NCBI GenBank assembly: GCA_014905635.1
Contig: JABVCE010000014.1
Coordinates: forward strand, 558,001 to 622,000
Source of the DNA: Scenedesmus sp. PABB004
Lineage: Eukaryota
Reading direction: 5' to 3'
Length of the DNA stretch: 64,000 nucleotides
The stretch's first letter is position 1. The number at the start of each line of letters is the position of its first letter. Positions 1 through 13,900 of this stretch are shown here, piece by piece. Below the pieces are notes generated by a model. That model ran no database searches. It was not told the DNA's origin and saw only the letters and a program-made list of their open reading frames with translations. The translations under genes were made by a program, and so were the position numbers.

Positions 1-704
1 GCGTCGCGGGAGCTGCTCGACAAGCTCGCCTTCTACGTCTCCCAGCTCGGCGGCAGCCTCGGCGAGGGCTGGCGGTGCGACGTGAAGATCGTGACCGTGT
101 CGGGCGAGACCGGGACGTGCAACGCGAGCTACCTCACGCCCGGCGGCAAGCGCCTGCGCTCGCGCGGCGAAGTCGCAAAGTTTCTGGGGCTCGACGTCCC
201 CGGCGGCAAGGGCAGCCGGCAGGGCCTCGGCGGCGGCGGCGGCGGGCACGGCCCTGCGCGGCCGCGCGGCAGCGACGCCGGTGGCGGCGGCGAGCCGGGC
301 GCCGCGGCGGGCGAGCTGGGTGGCGCCGCCGAGTCGCCGGGCGTGCCGCGCGAGGCGGCCGCCGCGGCGGCGCGCGCGCGCGGCGCGGCGCTCGCCGCCG
401 ACGGCGTCGCGCCGCCGCTGGCGCTGAAGAACGGCGTCGTCGTGGAGGCGCTCGGCGCCGTGGACGCGCGGCCGGCGTTCAGCACGCCGCTCGGGCTGCT
501 CACGCCGGGCTACCGAGCGGTGCTGCGCGACGCCGCGGTCGGCGCGTTTGTCAGTGAGATCGTGGCGCCCCCAGGCAGCAAGCACCCGGCGTTTGAGGTC
601 AGCCTGCGCCCCGACGCCGTGGTGCTCGCGCAGCTCGAGGCCGCCGCCGGCGGCAGCGCGGGCGGCGGCAGTTCGGGCGGCGGCGGCGCCGTGCCCGGCC
701 TGGG

Positions 705-737
<33 letters not shown>

Positions 738-3246
738 CAGCGGCGGCGCCGCGGGCGGCGGCGCGGCGCGCACCTTCCTGCTCGCGTCGGCGCGCAACGC
801 CGACGTCGTGTGGACGCAGGTGGAGGGCTTGCAGGAGCGCGCGCAGCTGCAGGTCGAGGCCGCGGCCGCGGCGGCGTCGTCGGGCAGCGGCGGCCCGCCG
901 CCGCCGCCGGCCGGCGGCGCGCCCGGCGGCGCCGGCGCCGGCGCGCCGGCGCACGGCGACGCGCCGCTGGACCCCGTGCTCGCGCAGCTGCTCGCGCGCG
1001 CGGCGAGCCTCAAGGGCGCGTGGGGGCGGGCGATGTTTGGGCTGGCCGACGCGGAGGTGCTGCAGCTGCTCGAGGCGCTGCCCGGCGCGGAGGGCGCGGC
1101 CAACTACCAGTTTGTGGATGAGCGCGGCGGCTGGGACAAGGAGCGCGAGCTGCTCGCCAAGGGCCGCTGGGCGCGGCGCAGCGGGCTGCAGGCCGGCGCG
1201 CGGCGCGCGCCCGCCGCCGGCGCGGCCGCAGCCGGCGCGGCCGGCGGCGGCAGCAGCGGCAAGGCGGCGGCCGCCGCCGGCGGCAAGGCGCCCGCACCGG
1301 GCGAGCCCGCCGCGGGGCGCAAGCGCGCGCACCCCGCGAGCGCGGCCGCGGCCGCGGCCGCCGCCGCGGCGGGCAGCGGCAGCGCGCTGTTTGGCCCCGC
1401 CGCGGCAAAGCGCTACCGCGGGCTGTCCCGTGACGACAAGGCCGTGGCGACTGCGGTGGACCAGACGCTGGACAAGGTCATTCGCAAGCTGGAGACCTGG
1501 TGGGTGCACGAGACGGCGCGCGAGGCCAAGCGGGCGGAGGCCGCGGCGCGGCGCGAGGACGCGAAGCGCGCGCGCGCCGAGGCCAAGGCGGCGGCCAAGG
1601 CGGCGGCCAAGGCGGAGCAGGTGCGTGTGAGTGTGGGTCGGTGCGCGCGCGCGCATGGCCAGCCGCTGCCGGCGGCCGGCTGCGCGCCGGCATGGGCCGC
1701 CCCCGCCCGCGCTCGCGCGCGCACCTCACGCGCTTCGCGCCGCGCCACGCCTCGCAGGGCGCGGCGGAGGCGGCCGCCGACGGCTCGCCCAAGCCGCCTG
1801 CGGCGCCGCCAAAGGCGCCCCTGCGGGAGGACCTGTCCCTGCCCGGCGCGGCCAGCACGCCCGCGCCCCCCGCGGCGCCGTTGCTGCGCGTGCTGCGCGG
1901 CCGCCAGGCGGCGCAGCTGCTGCAGGTCTGGGAGTGCGCCTGCCGCTTCGGCCCGCTGCTGGGGCTGGACGCGGTGCCGACGCCGGAGCAGCTCGAGGCG
2001 GGCCTGCTGGGCCTGGTGTCGCACACCGGAGCCATGGCGAGCGGCGTGGCGGCGCAGCTGGCGGCCGTGGCCGCCCCGGGCGGCGGCGCCGCCGCCGACG
2101 GTGGCGGCGAGGCGGCCGGCGACGGGCCCGGCCCCGCCGCGGCGGCGGCCGCGGCCGCTGCCGCCGCGGCGGCGGGCGCGGGCGGCCTGGCGGGCCTGGC
2201 GGCGCTCGCGCCGTCGGCCGAGGCGGTTGCGGCGGACGCCGCCGCGGGCGCGGCGTGGGTGGGGCTGCACACCGCGGTGCTGGGCGTGCTGATCGACGAC
2301 GCCTTTGGCGCCGTGGCGGACGTGCTGTTTGACACCGAGGCCATGCGCGCGCCGCAGCGCCGCGACCTGCGTGACGCGGCGCCGACGGCGGACGCCGACA
2401 CGTGGCCCGAGGCGGCGCGGCGCTACCTCGCCGCCGCGGCGACCGCGAGCTTCCTCGCGGCGGGCGAGCCGCGCAGCAGCGCGACCGGCGCCGCCGCGCG
2501 GCAGCTCGACCTGCCGGGCCACCTGCGCGCCATGGAGGCGCCCGACTGGGCACAGTACCTCTGCGGCGGCCTCAACGCACCCGACCTGGTCTCGCGAGTC
2601 GCGCTGCTGCCGCAGGTGCGCCCGCGCTTGCGGCCGCGCGCGCCGCGCACTGCTCGCCGCGCGGAGCCCGCCGCCGAGCCCGCCGCCGAGCCCGCCGCCG
2701 AGCCCGCCGCGCCCGCCCTCTGCCACGGCGGCCCCGCAGGGCAGCAGCGAGACGGCGGCCGAGTCGCTGCTGATGCTGGACGACGCCGCGGCGCTGGCGG
2801 CGGCCGAGGCGGTGCTGCAGTCGCTGGCGGGCGGCGCCGGCGCGCAGGCGCAGCAGCAGCAGCAGCAGGGCGAGGCCATGGACGTGGACGGCGCGGCGGC
2901 GCCAGGCGCCGGCGCCGGCGACGCGCGCGCGCGCGAGCTGCTGCGCGGCCGCCGCCTGCTTCAGGCGCTCGTGGGCGTGTGGGGCGAGCGCTCGGCGAAG
3001 CAGAGCGGGCGGCGGCTCTGCTTCTACGCGCAGGAGCTCAGCAGCAAGCTCGGCCGCCCGCGCGGGCTGGACCTGCACGCCGTGGCGGCGCGGCTCGAGT
3101 CGGGGCTGTACGCCCAGTCGGGGGCGCCCCTCGAGGTGCGGGCCGGGCCGGGCTGGGCCCCGCACAGCCTCCGCCGCCGTCTCCTCCGCCGCGCCGCCTC
3201 CGCCGACGCCCCGCCCCGCACGCGCCCACACCGCCGCCGCCGCCCA

Positions 3247-3282
<36 letters not shown>

Positions 3283-4068
3283 GTCGCCAGGCGCTCGCCG
3301 CGGACGTGTCGCTCGCGTGCGACCTGTGGCGCGACGCGTTCAACACGTTCGACATGAGCCACGAGGAAGGCTTCCGCACCGCCGACGGCCGCCTGGCCGA
3401 CGCGGTGGAGGAGCGCCTGGGCGAGCTGCTCGCCGAGGCGGCCGCCGGCAGCGACCTCGCGGCCGCGGCGGGGCTCGGAGCGACGGGCCCGGCGCCCGCG
3501 CCGGCGGGGGAGGAGCAGCCCCGCGGCGCGGCGCCCGCGCCTGCGCCCGCGCCGGCGGGCGCAGAGGAGGAGCGGGAGGCTGGCGCGCCCGCGCCGGGCG
3601 GGGAGGCTGCAGGCGGCGCGGCGCCGGCAGCCTCGGCCATGCAGGTCGACGGCGGCGGCGGCGGCGGCGAGCCCGCGCAGCAGCAGGAGCGGACAGCCGC
3701 AGCGGCGGGCGGCGACGCCATTGCGCCCTCGGGCGAGGCGGGCGCGCAGCAGCAGGGCGAGCAGCAGCAGCAGCAGCACGACCAGCAGCAGCAGGACCAG
3801 GGGCAGCAGCAGGCGCAGCAGCAGCAGCAGCAGCAGCAGCAGGCCCAAGAGGGGGCCGGGGGCGAGGACGACCCGCACGGCCTGCGCGACGCGGCGCGGC
3901 CGTTCAACCCGCTCTCCGGCTGCCGCGTGTGCTGGCGCGACGACGACACCCCCAAGTTGCTTATCTGCGACGGCTGCGACGCCGAGTCGCACTGCTACTG
4001 CATCACGCCCGCGCTGCTGGAGGTGCCACAGGGCGACTGGTTCTGCGCCGCCTGCGTGGCGAGCGGCC

Positions 4069-4108
<40 letters not shown>

Positions 4109-7100
4109 GGTCGCGCCCGCGGCCGCGCCCGCGGCGGCCGGCGCGCCGCACGCCTGGGGCGACGCGGCCGACGGCGCGGCGCTGCCGCCCGCGGCGCGCG
4201 CCGCGGTGGACGCGGCAGGCGACCGCGCCGACCTGCGCGACGTGCTGCGCCTGGCCGGCACGGCGCAGCGCCTGTCGGCCGCGCCGTACGGCGCGTGGCC
4301 GCTCGCCGCGCGGCTCGACCTCGCGGAGCTGCTCTGCGACCTGCTGGCCGCGTCGCGCGTGGGGCGGCGCTGGATGGCCGAGCGCATGGACGAGCGGGAC
4401 CAGGCGAAGCGCGAGCTCGCCGACGCGCGCGGCCGCATCAAGCGCGCGCGCAAGGAGGCGGCCGAGGCCGCGCGCGCGGCGCGCGCGGCCAAGAAGGCCG
4501 GCGGCGGCTCGGGCGGCAAGGCCGGCAGCGCGGGTGCGGCGCGCGCGCGCTCGCCTGCGACGCGCGGGCGCTCGCCTGCGCGGGCCCCTCGCTGCGCCGC
4601 GCGCCGACCGCCCGCGCCCGGCCGCCCCGCGCCGCGCAGCGCCCGCGGACGAGCCCAAGCCCGACGGCAAGGGCGGCAAGGCCCGCGGCGGCGGCGGCGG
4701 CGGCGCGGCGGCCAAGGCCACGCGCGCGCACGGCCCCGCGGAGGGGCCGTTTGACGAGGCGGCCCAGCTGCGCGCGATCGCGCACGCGCAGCGCCGCATC
4801 GAGCTCGTCGCCGTGCGGCGGCACTGCCTCGGCACGGACCGCTTCCACAACCGCTACTGGCTGCTCGGCGCGAGCGAGCTGCCGCCGGCCGGCGGCGCGA
4901 ACGGCGGCGCCGCCGACCCCGCGGCGCCGGCGGCGCCCGGCGGTGGCGGCGGCGGCGGCGGCGGCGGCCAGCACAAGGGCAAGGCCAAGGCCAGCGGGCA
5001 CGGCCACGGCCACAGCGCCGGCGGCGACGCCAACGAGCTGGGCAGCTGCGGCGTGGTCGTCGTGGAGCCGCCGGACGAGGCCGGCGACGGGCTGTGGCCG
5101 GACGAGCCCGGCCCGCTGCCCGGCCGCCACGGCGGAGGCGGCGGCGGCGCGGCCGACGGCGGCGCCGGCCCGCTGCGCCAGCTCGCAGCGGCCGGCGGCG
5201 AGCCGCGCAGCGCGGCGCAGCCGCTCACGCTGCTGCCGGCGCTGCAGGCGGCGCCGGCGCCGGCCGGGGGGCCCGCGCCCGGCGCGTACCGGACGGTTGC
5301 TGAGCTGGACGCGCTGCGCAACTGGCTCAACCCGCAGGGCGTGCGCGAGGCGCGGCTGCGCACCAGCCTGGCCCGCGTGCGCGACTCGATGCTGCTCTTT
5401 GCACCGGACCCGCCCGCCGGCGGCGCCGGCGAGCCGCAGGCCAGCCGCGCGGGGTCGCCTGGCGGCGCGCCGCCGGCAACGGCCGCGGCGGAGCCGGAGC
5501 CGGCGCACCCGAAGCTCAAGCTCAAGCTCCAGCGGCAGCGCAGCTCGGCGGACGGCGGCGCCGACTCAGCGCAGCTGGGCGCGGCGGCGGACGCCGCGGC
5601 GGCGCCGGCGCCACCGGCGGCGGCGCCGCCGGGCTCGGCCGCGGCGCTGCTGGCCGCCGCTGCGGCCGCCGACGACGCGGCCGCGGCCGACGCGCTGCGC
5701 GCGCGCCTCGCCAAGTTCCAGGCGGGCCTGCACGAGCTCAGCCTGCACGAGTTCTGGGGCAGCGAGGCGCGGCGCGACGCGTGGCAGGCGGCGCTGGCGG
5801 CCGCGTCGACGCCGGCGCACTTTGCCGCGCTGGTCGCGGCGCTGGAGCCCATGCTGCTCGCCGACAGCTGGCGCATGGGCTGGCAGCTCTGGGCGCTGCC
5901 CGCGCAGCACCCGGACGGCCTCGCGGCGGGCTGGCCGTCGGTGTGCTACCGCGTCGCCGCGCTCGAGGCGGCGCGGCGCCCCGGCCTCCCCACGCGCGCG
6001 CAGCGCGAGCGCGCGCAGGAGCGCGCGTGGCGCGCCGCCGCGCCCGGCCGCGCCGGCGGCCAGCCGCAGCGCAAGCGCAGCCGGCAGGAGGGCGAGGGCG
6101 AGGAGGAGGAAGACGACGAGCGGTCGGACGACGGGCCGCCCAGCGGGCGCGGCGCGGCGCGCCGCCCGGCGCCCGCGTCCGGCGCCCGTCGCGCCGCCGC
6201 GCCCGGCGGCGCCGGCCGCGCGGGCGCCCGTGCCCGCGCGGCGGGCGGCTGGGAGGACGAGTTTCTGCACCGCAGCGGCCGCGCGGCGGCCGCCAAGGCG
6301 GCGGCCGCGATCACGCAGCAGACGCGCGGGCTCGCCATGCCCGCCGGCCGCGGCCGGCGGCGCGGCGGCAGCAGCGACGACTTCTCGGACGACGACGACG
6401 ACGGCGGCGTCTCGTCGTCGGAGGCGCCCAGCGACGGCGACGGCGACGACGACGACGACCAGGAGGCGCGCGACGCCGCGCTGGCGGCGGCGCTCGCGGC
6501 CGAGGCGCGCGGCGTGCCGCGCCGCGCGGCGGCGGCCGCGGCGACCGCCGCGATGGCCGCGGGCAGCGGGCACCACCCTGCGGCGGCCGGCGCGGGCAGC
6601 CGGCGCGGCAGCGGCGCCGCCGCCGGCGGGCGCGCCAAGGCCGCCGCCGCGGCCAAGGCCAGGGCGGCACGCGCGGCGGCGTCCTCCAAGGCCAGGGCGG
6701 CGGCCGCGGCGGCCGCGGCCCGGGCGGCGCGGGGCAGGGCGCGCAAGGGCAGCCGGCGCGACGACAGCAGCGACGAGGAGGAGGCCAGCGACGCCAGCGA
6801 TGCCAGCGACGACGAGGAGGCGGAGGCGGGCGCGGGCGCGCCGAGCAGCAGCAGCAGCGAGCCGGAGCCGTCTCCGGAGAGCTCCGACGAGCAGGAGCAG
6901 CGGCAGCGGCGGCAGCCGAGCTCCGGCCCGGGCGGCGAGGCCGGGCCTCCGCCGCGCAAGGCGTCCGCCAGCCCGGCCAAGCCGCCGCGGCGGCCGTCGC
7001 CGCAGCAGCAGCACGTGCCCCCCAAGGCGCGCGCCAAGCGCGCGGCCGACGGCGGCGACGAGCCGGGCGCCGGCTCGCCGGCCAAGCGGGCCAGGGCGAG

Positions 7101-7632
7101 CCCGGCGCCGGGCCACGCCGGCGGGGGCGCGCGCGGCTCGCCGGCCGCGGGCGCGCGCGGGTCACCAGCCGCGGGCGCGCGCGGGTCGCCGGCCGTCGCC
7201 GCGCGCGGATCGCCCGCCAAGCCGCCGCCCGCGGCCAAGCCCAAGTCCAAGGCGGAGGCCCTGCAGGACCTGCTCGGCGGCGGCGCCGCGCCGCTGGTGA
7301 CGCTGTCGGGCAAGCCCGCCGCGCCCGCGCCCGCCGGCGCCAGGGCGCCCGGCGCCCGGCCGGCCGGCGCGGCGCCGCTGCAGGCGGGCGGCGCGGCCGC
7401 CGGCGGCCGGGCGGGCGACGCGCGGGGCGTGCTGTCGCCCAAGCGCATGCTGCTGGAGCGGCACGAGGCGGAGCAGCAGCAGCGGGCGGGCGGCCTGCGC
7501 GCGCCCGCGTCGCCGCGCTCGCCGCGCGCCGCCGCCGGCGCGCACGGCCGGGCGGCCGCCGCGAAGGCGCAGGCCGATCCCAAGCTGGCCAACAAGGCCA
7601 AGGTCGCGTGGGAGGACGAGGACGACGACTGA
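1..7632 (+). CDS. MBD9-like chromatin reader (MBD, FYRN/FYRC-like, DDT-like, bromo-like, PHD finger, WHIM/WSD); 5' end lies outside the window
   Basis: Motifs: MBD-like GWRCDVK..YLTPGGKRLRSRGEVAKFLGL; FYRC-like MFGLADAEVLQLLEALPGA; PHD CRVC..LLICDGCDAESHCYC..VPQGDWFCAAC; LGTDRFHNRYW; LRNWLNPQGVREARL. Inferred GT-AG introns 1621-1757, 2616-2739, 3136-3290 and 4534-4639 join the frames. Stop TGA 7630-7632. Confidence 0.8.
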
Positions 7633-7868
7633 GCCGTGTGTTGTGGGCGGGAGTTGAAGCGTCGACGGCAACACAGTTGCGGTTCTGCGGGCCGCCGTCC
7701 TGCCGCCGCTCGCGCCTCGCCGTCGCCCGACCTCCCGTTCCCCTCGCCCCAGGCGGCCCCCCGCAGCCAGGCCCCCGCCCGCAGCCCCTGCGCCGCGCGT
7801 GCGAGCAGCGGCGCGGCAGCGCGCCCTTGACCGCCGTGGCCGCGCCAGCTGCCTGTGGCGCTGGCCCC

Positions 7869-9952
7869 ATGGATCACGGAGACTCGGTAAGCCGCGTACT
7901 CGCCGTCAGGGCCTCTCGCGCAGTGTTGGCGTGGCGGCGCCAGACGCGCAACGGCGGCGCTGCTCCAGCTCGCACCCTGCCGCCCCGGCGCCCCGCGCCC
8001 TGCCGCCCCGCCCCCAGGCCCCGGCCGGCACAGACGACGACGCCTTCGCGCGGCTGCCGGGCGGCCTGCTGCCGCGCGTGCTGGCGGTGCTCCCCCAGCG
8101 CGAGCGCCTGGGCGCCGCCGCGCTCGTGTGCCACGCCTGGGCCGACGCGGCTGCGGCGGCCTGCCGCGAGCTCAGCATCGACGTGAGCGCGCTGCCGGGC
8201 GCCAGCGCCAAGCAGCAGCGCCTGGACGCCGCGGGCGCGTGGCTCGCGCGGCACGCGTCGCGCGGCAGCGTCGAGCGCCTGGCGGCGGCCACCAACGCCC
8301 GTGTCGTTGACGCCCCGCTGCGCCTGGAGCTGCCCTGGGCGCAGCTGCGGCAGCTGCGCAGCCTGGAGTGCGTGTTCATCAGGCCGGTGCCGTCGCCGCG
8401 CGCCAGCGCTGCTGGCCCTGCCGGCACTGCCGGCGGCGCGCCGCTGCTGCCGGCGCTGACGTCGCTGCACCTGCGCGGCGTCGAGGGCTGCGGCCGCCTC
8501 CTCGCGCCCGCCCCGGCCGGGCTGAGGGACTTGAGCGTTTCTGCTGCTGATGCGGGCGACCTCGCCGCAGCGCTGCTCGCGCTGCCGCGCCTCACGTCGC
8601 TGTTTCTCGAGTCGTGCTCCGTGGTCGACCAGCGCGCGTTTGTGGCGGCAGTCGCCGCGCTGCGCGAGCTGAGGCACCTGGTGGTGCACGTGTTTGACTC
8701 GACACGGGACGACGCGCCGTTTGAGGTCCCGCGCCTGCCGGCGCACCTCACGCACCTCCGCGTGCGCGGCCTCGCGTCGGGCTGCTGGTCTGGCGCCGCG
8801 CTGGCCCACCTGACGGGCCTGCGCCACCTCTGCCTGGAGAACTGCGCGGACGTCGACCCCGCCGCGCTCGCGCCGCACACGCACCTCACTGACCTGGAGC
8901 TCAACCTGGAGCAGGTGCCCCCGCGGAACGCTGCGGCGCTGCTGCGCGTGCTGCCGGGCCTGAGCCAGCTGCAGAGCCTGTCGCTGGCCTCGCCCGTCTG
9001 CCTGGTGGGCCCCGCGGAGAGCGGCGGCGTGGTGTCGTCGCCACGCCTCGCCCGGCTATATCTGGAGGACATCGCACTCGCGCCCGGCGCGGCGGCGCGG
9101 CTGTTCTCGCGGCCGCTGCTGCACCTGCACAGCCTGTGGCTCGAGAACCTGCGCCCCGCGCTGGCGCAGGCCGAGCTGGACGCGCTCGTCGGCGCGTGCC
9201 CCCGCCTGGTCAGCCTGTGCCTGCCCCTCGCGCTGCGCGACGGCGTGTCGAGCGCCTGCCTGCGCCGGCTGGGCGGCCTCACGTCACTGACGCTCTACGG
9301 TGACGTCATCAGCAGCCTTGACGTGCTGCAGCTCACCGACGGCTGCCCGGCGCTCGCGTCGCTCGTCGTGCTGGGCGCGCGGCGGCTGTGCTCGGCCGGC
9401 GTGGTGGGGATGATGAACTTCACGCGCCTGGGCCGCCTGGAGCTCATGGGCTGCGGCTTCCAGCGCGGCGACGAGCCCCTGTCGCTCGCGTGCTCGGTGC
9501 GGCAGGGGGGCACGCGCCCGCCGGCGGGCGCGCGCGCGCGGGCCGGCCGGCGCCGCCGCCGCTCACGCGTGCGCCGCGCGGCCGCCGCCGCGCAGAGGGA
9601 CCCGCCGACCGTGACGGCGCAGTTGGAGGCGCTGTGCGCCGAGGACAACGAGCTGTCGGTCGCGTACCGCGTGGCGTGCGGTGAGCGCCGCCGGGCGGCG
9701 GGCGCCCGCGGCTGTGCCGGGGTGGCGGGCGCTGCATCGCGGCCGTCGCGGCCGTCCGACCGCCGTGCCTGCCCGCCGTGCCTGCCCGCCTGCCGCGCGC
9801 AGCCGCCGGGGACAGGGCCTTCTAGGTGCCGGCGGCAGGACGGCAGGACGGTGGTCTCGCTGGTTGGACAGGGCCAGGGCCAGGCCTGGCCCTGGGTTGC
9901 CCAGGCGCAGCGGCAGGGCGGCGCGCCGGCCGCCCTGTGCGTCCCAAGTTGA
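7869..9952 (+). CDS. F-box/leucine-rich-repeat protein (3' exons uncertain)
   Basis: ATG 7869 followed by a GTAAG donor. F-box-like FARLPGGLLPRVLAVLPQRERLGAAALVCHAW, then many LxxLxL repeats (LPALTSLHL, LPRLTSLFL, LTGLRHLCL, CPRLVSLCL). Confidence 0.75.
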
Positions 9953-9997
9953 AACTGCGAGTTGCAGCCGTGCCGCCCCGCGCCCGCCGACCTGCCG

Positions 9998-10236
9998 CTA
10001 CCGCGCCTGGCGCGCCGCCCCCGCCGGCTCCGCCCCTGCCTCCTCCACCTCCTCCAGCGCCGCCGCGACCGCCGGCATGAGCGCAGGCAGGGCGGACAGC
10101 TGCGCGAAGCGCACGACCGCGCCGTCCACTGCCAGCAGCGGCCGCGCGCGCCAGGGCCGCGCGGCCGCGGGCCAGCCGCCCGGCAGCTTGGGGTAGCGCT
10201 GGCTGAAGTGGGTCAGCACCGTCCTGCGAGCGAGCG

Positions 10237-10314
<78 letters not shown>

Positions 10315-10920
10315 AGCCGTGAGTGTGGGGGAGCCTGGCGGGACGGCGGCGCTCGCTGGGCCGTTCGGCCGCCACCACCGGCGCGCAGCAGCCTGGCGCG
10401 GCGCACGCAAGCTGGCGGCGCGGCGCGCACCGGTAGGCTCCCATGCGCGCCGCGACGCCGAGCGCCTCGTGCAGCGTGCTGTGGCCCTTGGCGCGCGCGT
10501 GGTGCGCGAGCTGCGCCTCAAACGTCGCCTCGTGCAGCAGCAGCGTCGCGCCGGCGCCGGCGGCCGCGAGCGCGTCGCACGGCCGCGTGTCGCCTGTGCA
10601 CGCGCTCACGCGAGCGGCGGCGGCGGCGGCAGCGGCGGCGGCGGCTCGAGCGAGCGGGGCCGGGCCTGCCCACCCCGCGTGGCGGCGCGCGCGCGCGCGC
10701 GCGCGCGCGGCGTGCTCGCCCCGGGCACGGCCCGCACCCGAATACACGAGCTTCCATCCCTGGCGGTGCGTGAGCACCAGGCCGTGCGCGCCGGCGCAGT
10801 GCGCCACCGGAACCGAGCGCCACGCCGCAAAGCCGAGCAGGCGGGCCATGACGGCTGCACCGGGACTCGGCGGCGCGTGCTGCTGCGGCGGTGCCTGCTT
10901 CTGCTGCGCCTGCCGCTGCG

Positions 10921-10972
<52 letters not shown>

Positions 10973-13900
10973 ATGCTGGCACTGCTGCAGCTGCCACTGC
11001 TGCTGCTGCCACTGCTGTGGCGGTTGCGGGGCCACGCCCCACGGCGGCGTGACGCAGCCGGGTGGCGCCCACGGCATGCCCCAGTGCATGCCGGGCGGCG
11101 GCCCGCCCATCCAGAGCTGCTGCTGCATCATGAGCTGCTGCTGCTGCATCATGAGCTGCTGTTGCTGCTGCATCATGAGCTGCTGCTGCTGGTGGTGCTG
11201 CTGCTGCTGCTGGTGCTGGTGCTGGTGCTGGTGCTGGTGCTGCTGCTGCTGGTGGTGCTGGTGCTGCGTGGGCAGCTCTGCCGCCGCTCCGTTGAACTCC
11301 GCCAGGGGCACGAAAGTGTAGCGCCAGCGACCATGCCCCGGCAGCTCCAGCAGCCAGGCCTGCAGCTCACGCGGCCCCACCAGCAGGAGCGCCGGGCTGG
11401 CGTGGTCGCCGCCACGCCGCGCGTCGAGCTCCGCGCGCGCCTCCAGCAGCGCCGGCACGCCGAGCATGTGGTCGGCGTGCTTGTGGGACACCCACACGCA
11501 TGCGAGGCGCGACACCACGCCCGCGGCGCCGGCGCGGCCCATGAGGCGGCGCAGCGCGCCCAGCGTGCCCTCGCCCGCGTCCATCAGCAGCCAGCGCGCG
11601 CCGTCGCCGCCGTCGCCGCCGTCGCCGGGCCACAGGTCGGCGGCGCCGCGGCCCTCGTCCGCGCTCGTCGGCGCCGCCACGCCGGCGCCGCCGCCGGGCA
11701 CCAGGCGCAGCAGGATCGCGCTCGGCCCCCGATACTTGGAGGGCTCGGCGGAGCCCGTGCCCAGGAACACAACAGCCGTGCGCGCAGCCCAGGGCTCCGC
11801 GAGCAGCCGCGGCGGCGCCTCGTCGTCGTCGTCGTCGTCGCCGTCGCCGCCGCCGTCATCGCCGCCCGCGTCCGCGGCCGCCGCGGGCGGCGGCGCGGCG
11901 GCAGCCTCCAGGGCAGGCTCGGCGGCGCGCGCCTGCCCCGGCCGCGGCTGCTTGCGCGCCAGCCGCTCGCGGAGCGCCTCGGCCGCCGTCTTGTTGGCGC
12001 TGCCGGCAGGCCGTCCAGGCGCACCGCTGGCCTGCTCCGCGCCGCGCGCCGCCGCCGTCAGGCGCGCCCAGCGGCGCCGCGTGGCCGGCAGCAGCTGCCG
12101 CAGCCGCGGCCGCTGCAGCAGCAGCTCCCGCTGCAGCTCCGCGGCGACCACGGGCTGCGGCGGCTCCGGCGGCGGTGGCAGGTCCCACCGCGTGCGTTGG
12201 TCTGGCAGCAGCGCCGGCGGCGCGAGCGCAAGCTCCAGCCCCCGCCACACCAGCTGCTGCAGCAGTCGGCCGTGCAGTAGCACTGGGTCAGCTGGCGCGC
12301 TGCGGCCGCCGTCGCCGTCGAGCGCCGACCCGCCGCCGCCAGCCGTGCGCTGCTGCTCCTGCTCCTGCGCGGGGCTCGCGACTTCCGGCTGCGCCGCCGC
12401 GCCCGCCGCCGCCTCTGCGATCGCCGCCGCCTCCTGCTCGTGGCTCAGGCCCTGCTGCGGCCCCGCGCTGCGCGGCAGCGGGAACATCTCGGGCGAGATG
12501 AGGCTGAGCCGCGACACGACGCGCGCCGACGCCCTGAAGCCGAGCGCGCCGCCGCCGCTGTCCTCCTGGAAGCCGCCCCGCTCAGTGCCAGCCGCCGCCG
12601 CAGCCGCCTGGCCCGGCTCGGCGTCCGGGTCGGCCCCGCCGGCGAGGCCGAGCCCTCCCTCGGCCGGCAGCAGCACCTGCTGCCCCGGCAGCTCGCGCAG
12701 CCAGGCCTGGTACCGCGCGCCCGCCGCGAGCGCCGGCGGCGCAAAGTGCAGGACGGCGAGCACGCGCGGCGCGCACGCGCAGAGCGCCGCGACCGCGGGC
12801 GTGCGCTGCAGCGCCGCCAGCTGCGCCACGCTGCGGCAGAACAGCACGGCGAGGAGCTGGCCCGCGCCGGCGGGCGCCGGCGCGGCCGCGGCCGGGTGGG
12901 CCTGCGGCGGGCCGGGGAGCGGCAGCACGTGCAGCACATACCCCAGCAGCTCCTGCGGCTGCCCGTGTGCGGCGTCCGCGGCGCTGGGCCCAGAGCGCGC
13001 CGGGCGCCCCGGCGCAGCCGCGCCGCCGTGCAGCCGCTGCCTCTTGCCAGACGGGCTCGCCTCAGGAGCCTGCCGCTTGCCGCCCCCGCCGTCGCCGTGG
13101 ACGCCGCCGGCAGCCGCCCGCGCGGCTGCGGGCGCAGACGGCCCGGGGCGGCCGCCCAGCGCCGCGAGCGCCGCCGCACGCACGCCGGCGCCCCCGGCCG
13201 GCTGCGCGCGCAGGGCCGCCCTCGCCGCCGCAGCGCCGCGCCCCAGGCCTGCGGGGCCTGCTGGCGAGGCCATGAAAATCTTGTCGAGGGCGGCAAACAG
13301 CTGCTGCTTGCCGCCGCCGCCGCCGCCAGGTGAGGCGACCGCTGGCGGCTGCTCCGCGCCGTCGCTGCCCTCGCTCGCGCCGCTGCTGCTCGCGTCACTG
13401 CTGCTGCCCTTCTCGCCGCTGCCGCTGGTCCCGTCGCTGCTGCTCTCCTCCTCTTCCTCGCTGCTACTGCTGCTGCTCTCGTCGCTGCTGCCCGCAGCGG
13501 CCGGCTTGTCGGCCCCGCCGTCGGCGGCCGGCCCGTCGCCGTCGGCGGCCGCCCCGTCGACGCCGGCGCTGTCGTCACTGCTCGTGACGCCCGCGCTCCT
13601 AAAGCTGCTGCTGCTGCTCTCGCTGCTGCTGCTGCTGTCCTCGCCGCTGCCGCCGTTGCCGCCGCCGCCGCCCGCGCAGCCGGTGTCTGCACCCGACGCG
13701 ATGGCCGCGGTCGGCAGCAGCCAGGCAGGCGGCTGCCAGGCGCCGCCCCCGGCCTCGCCGCCGGCGAGGCCAAAGCCGAGCACCTGAACGTGGCGGTCGC
13801 CGTACGCGACACCGCGCCGCGGGGCCTCCGCGCCCCCCGCCCCCGCCGCCGCCGGGCCCTGCGCCTCCGGCTCCGTCACGGTGATGCGCGGGTGCTGCCA

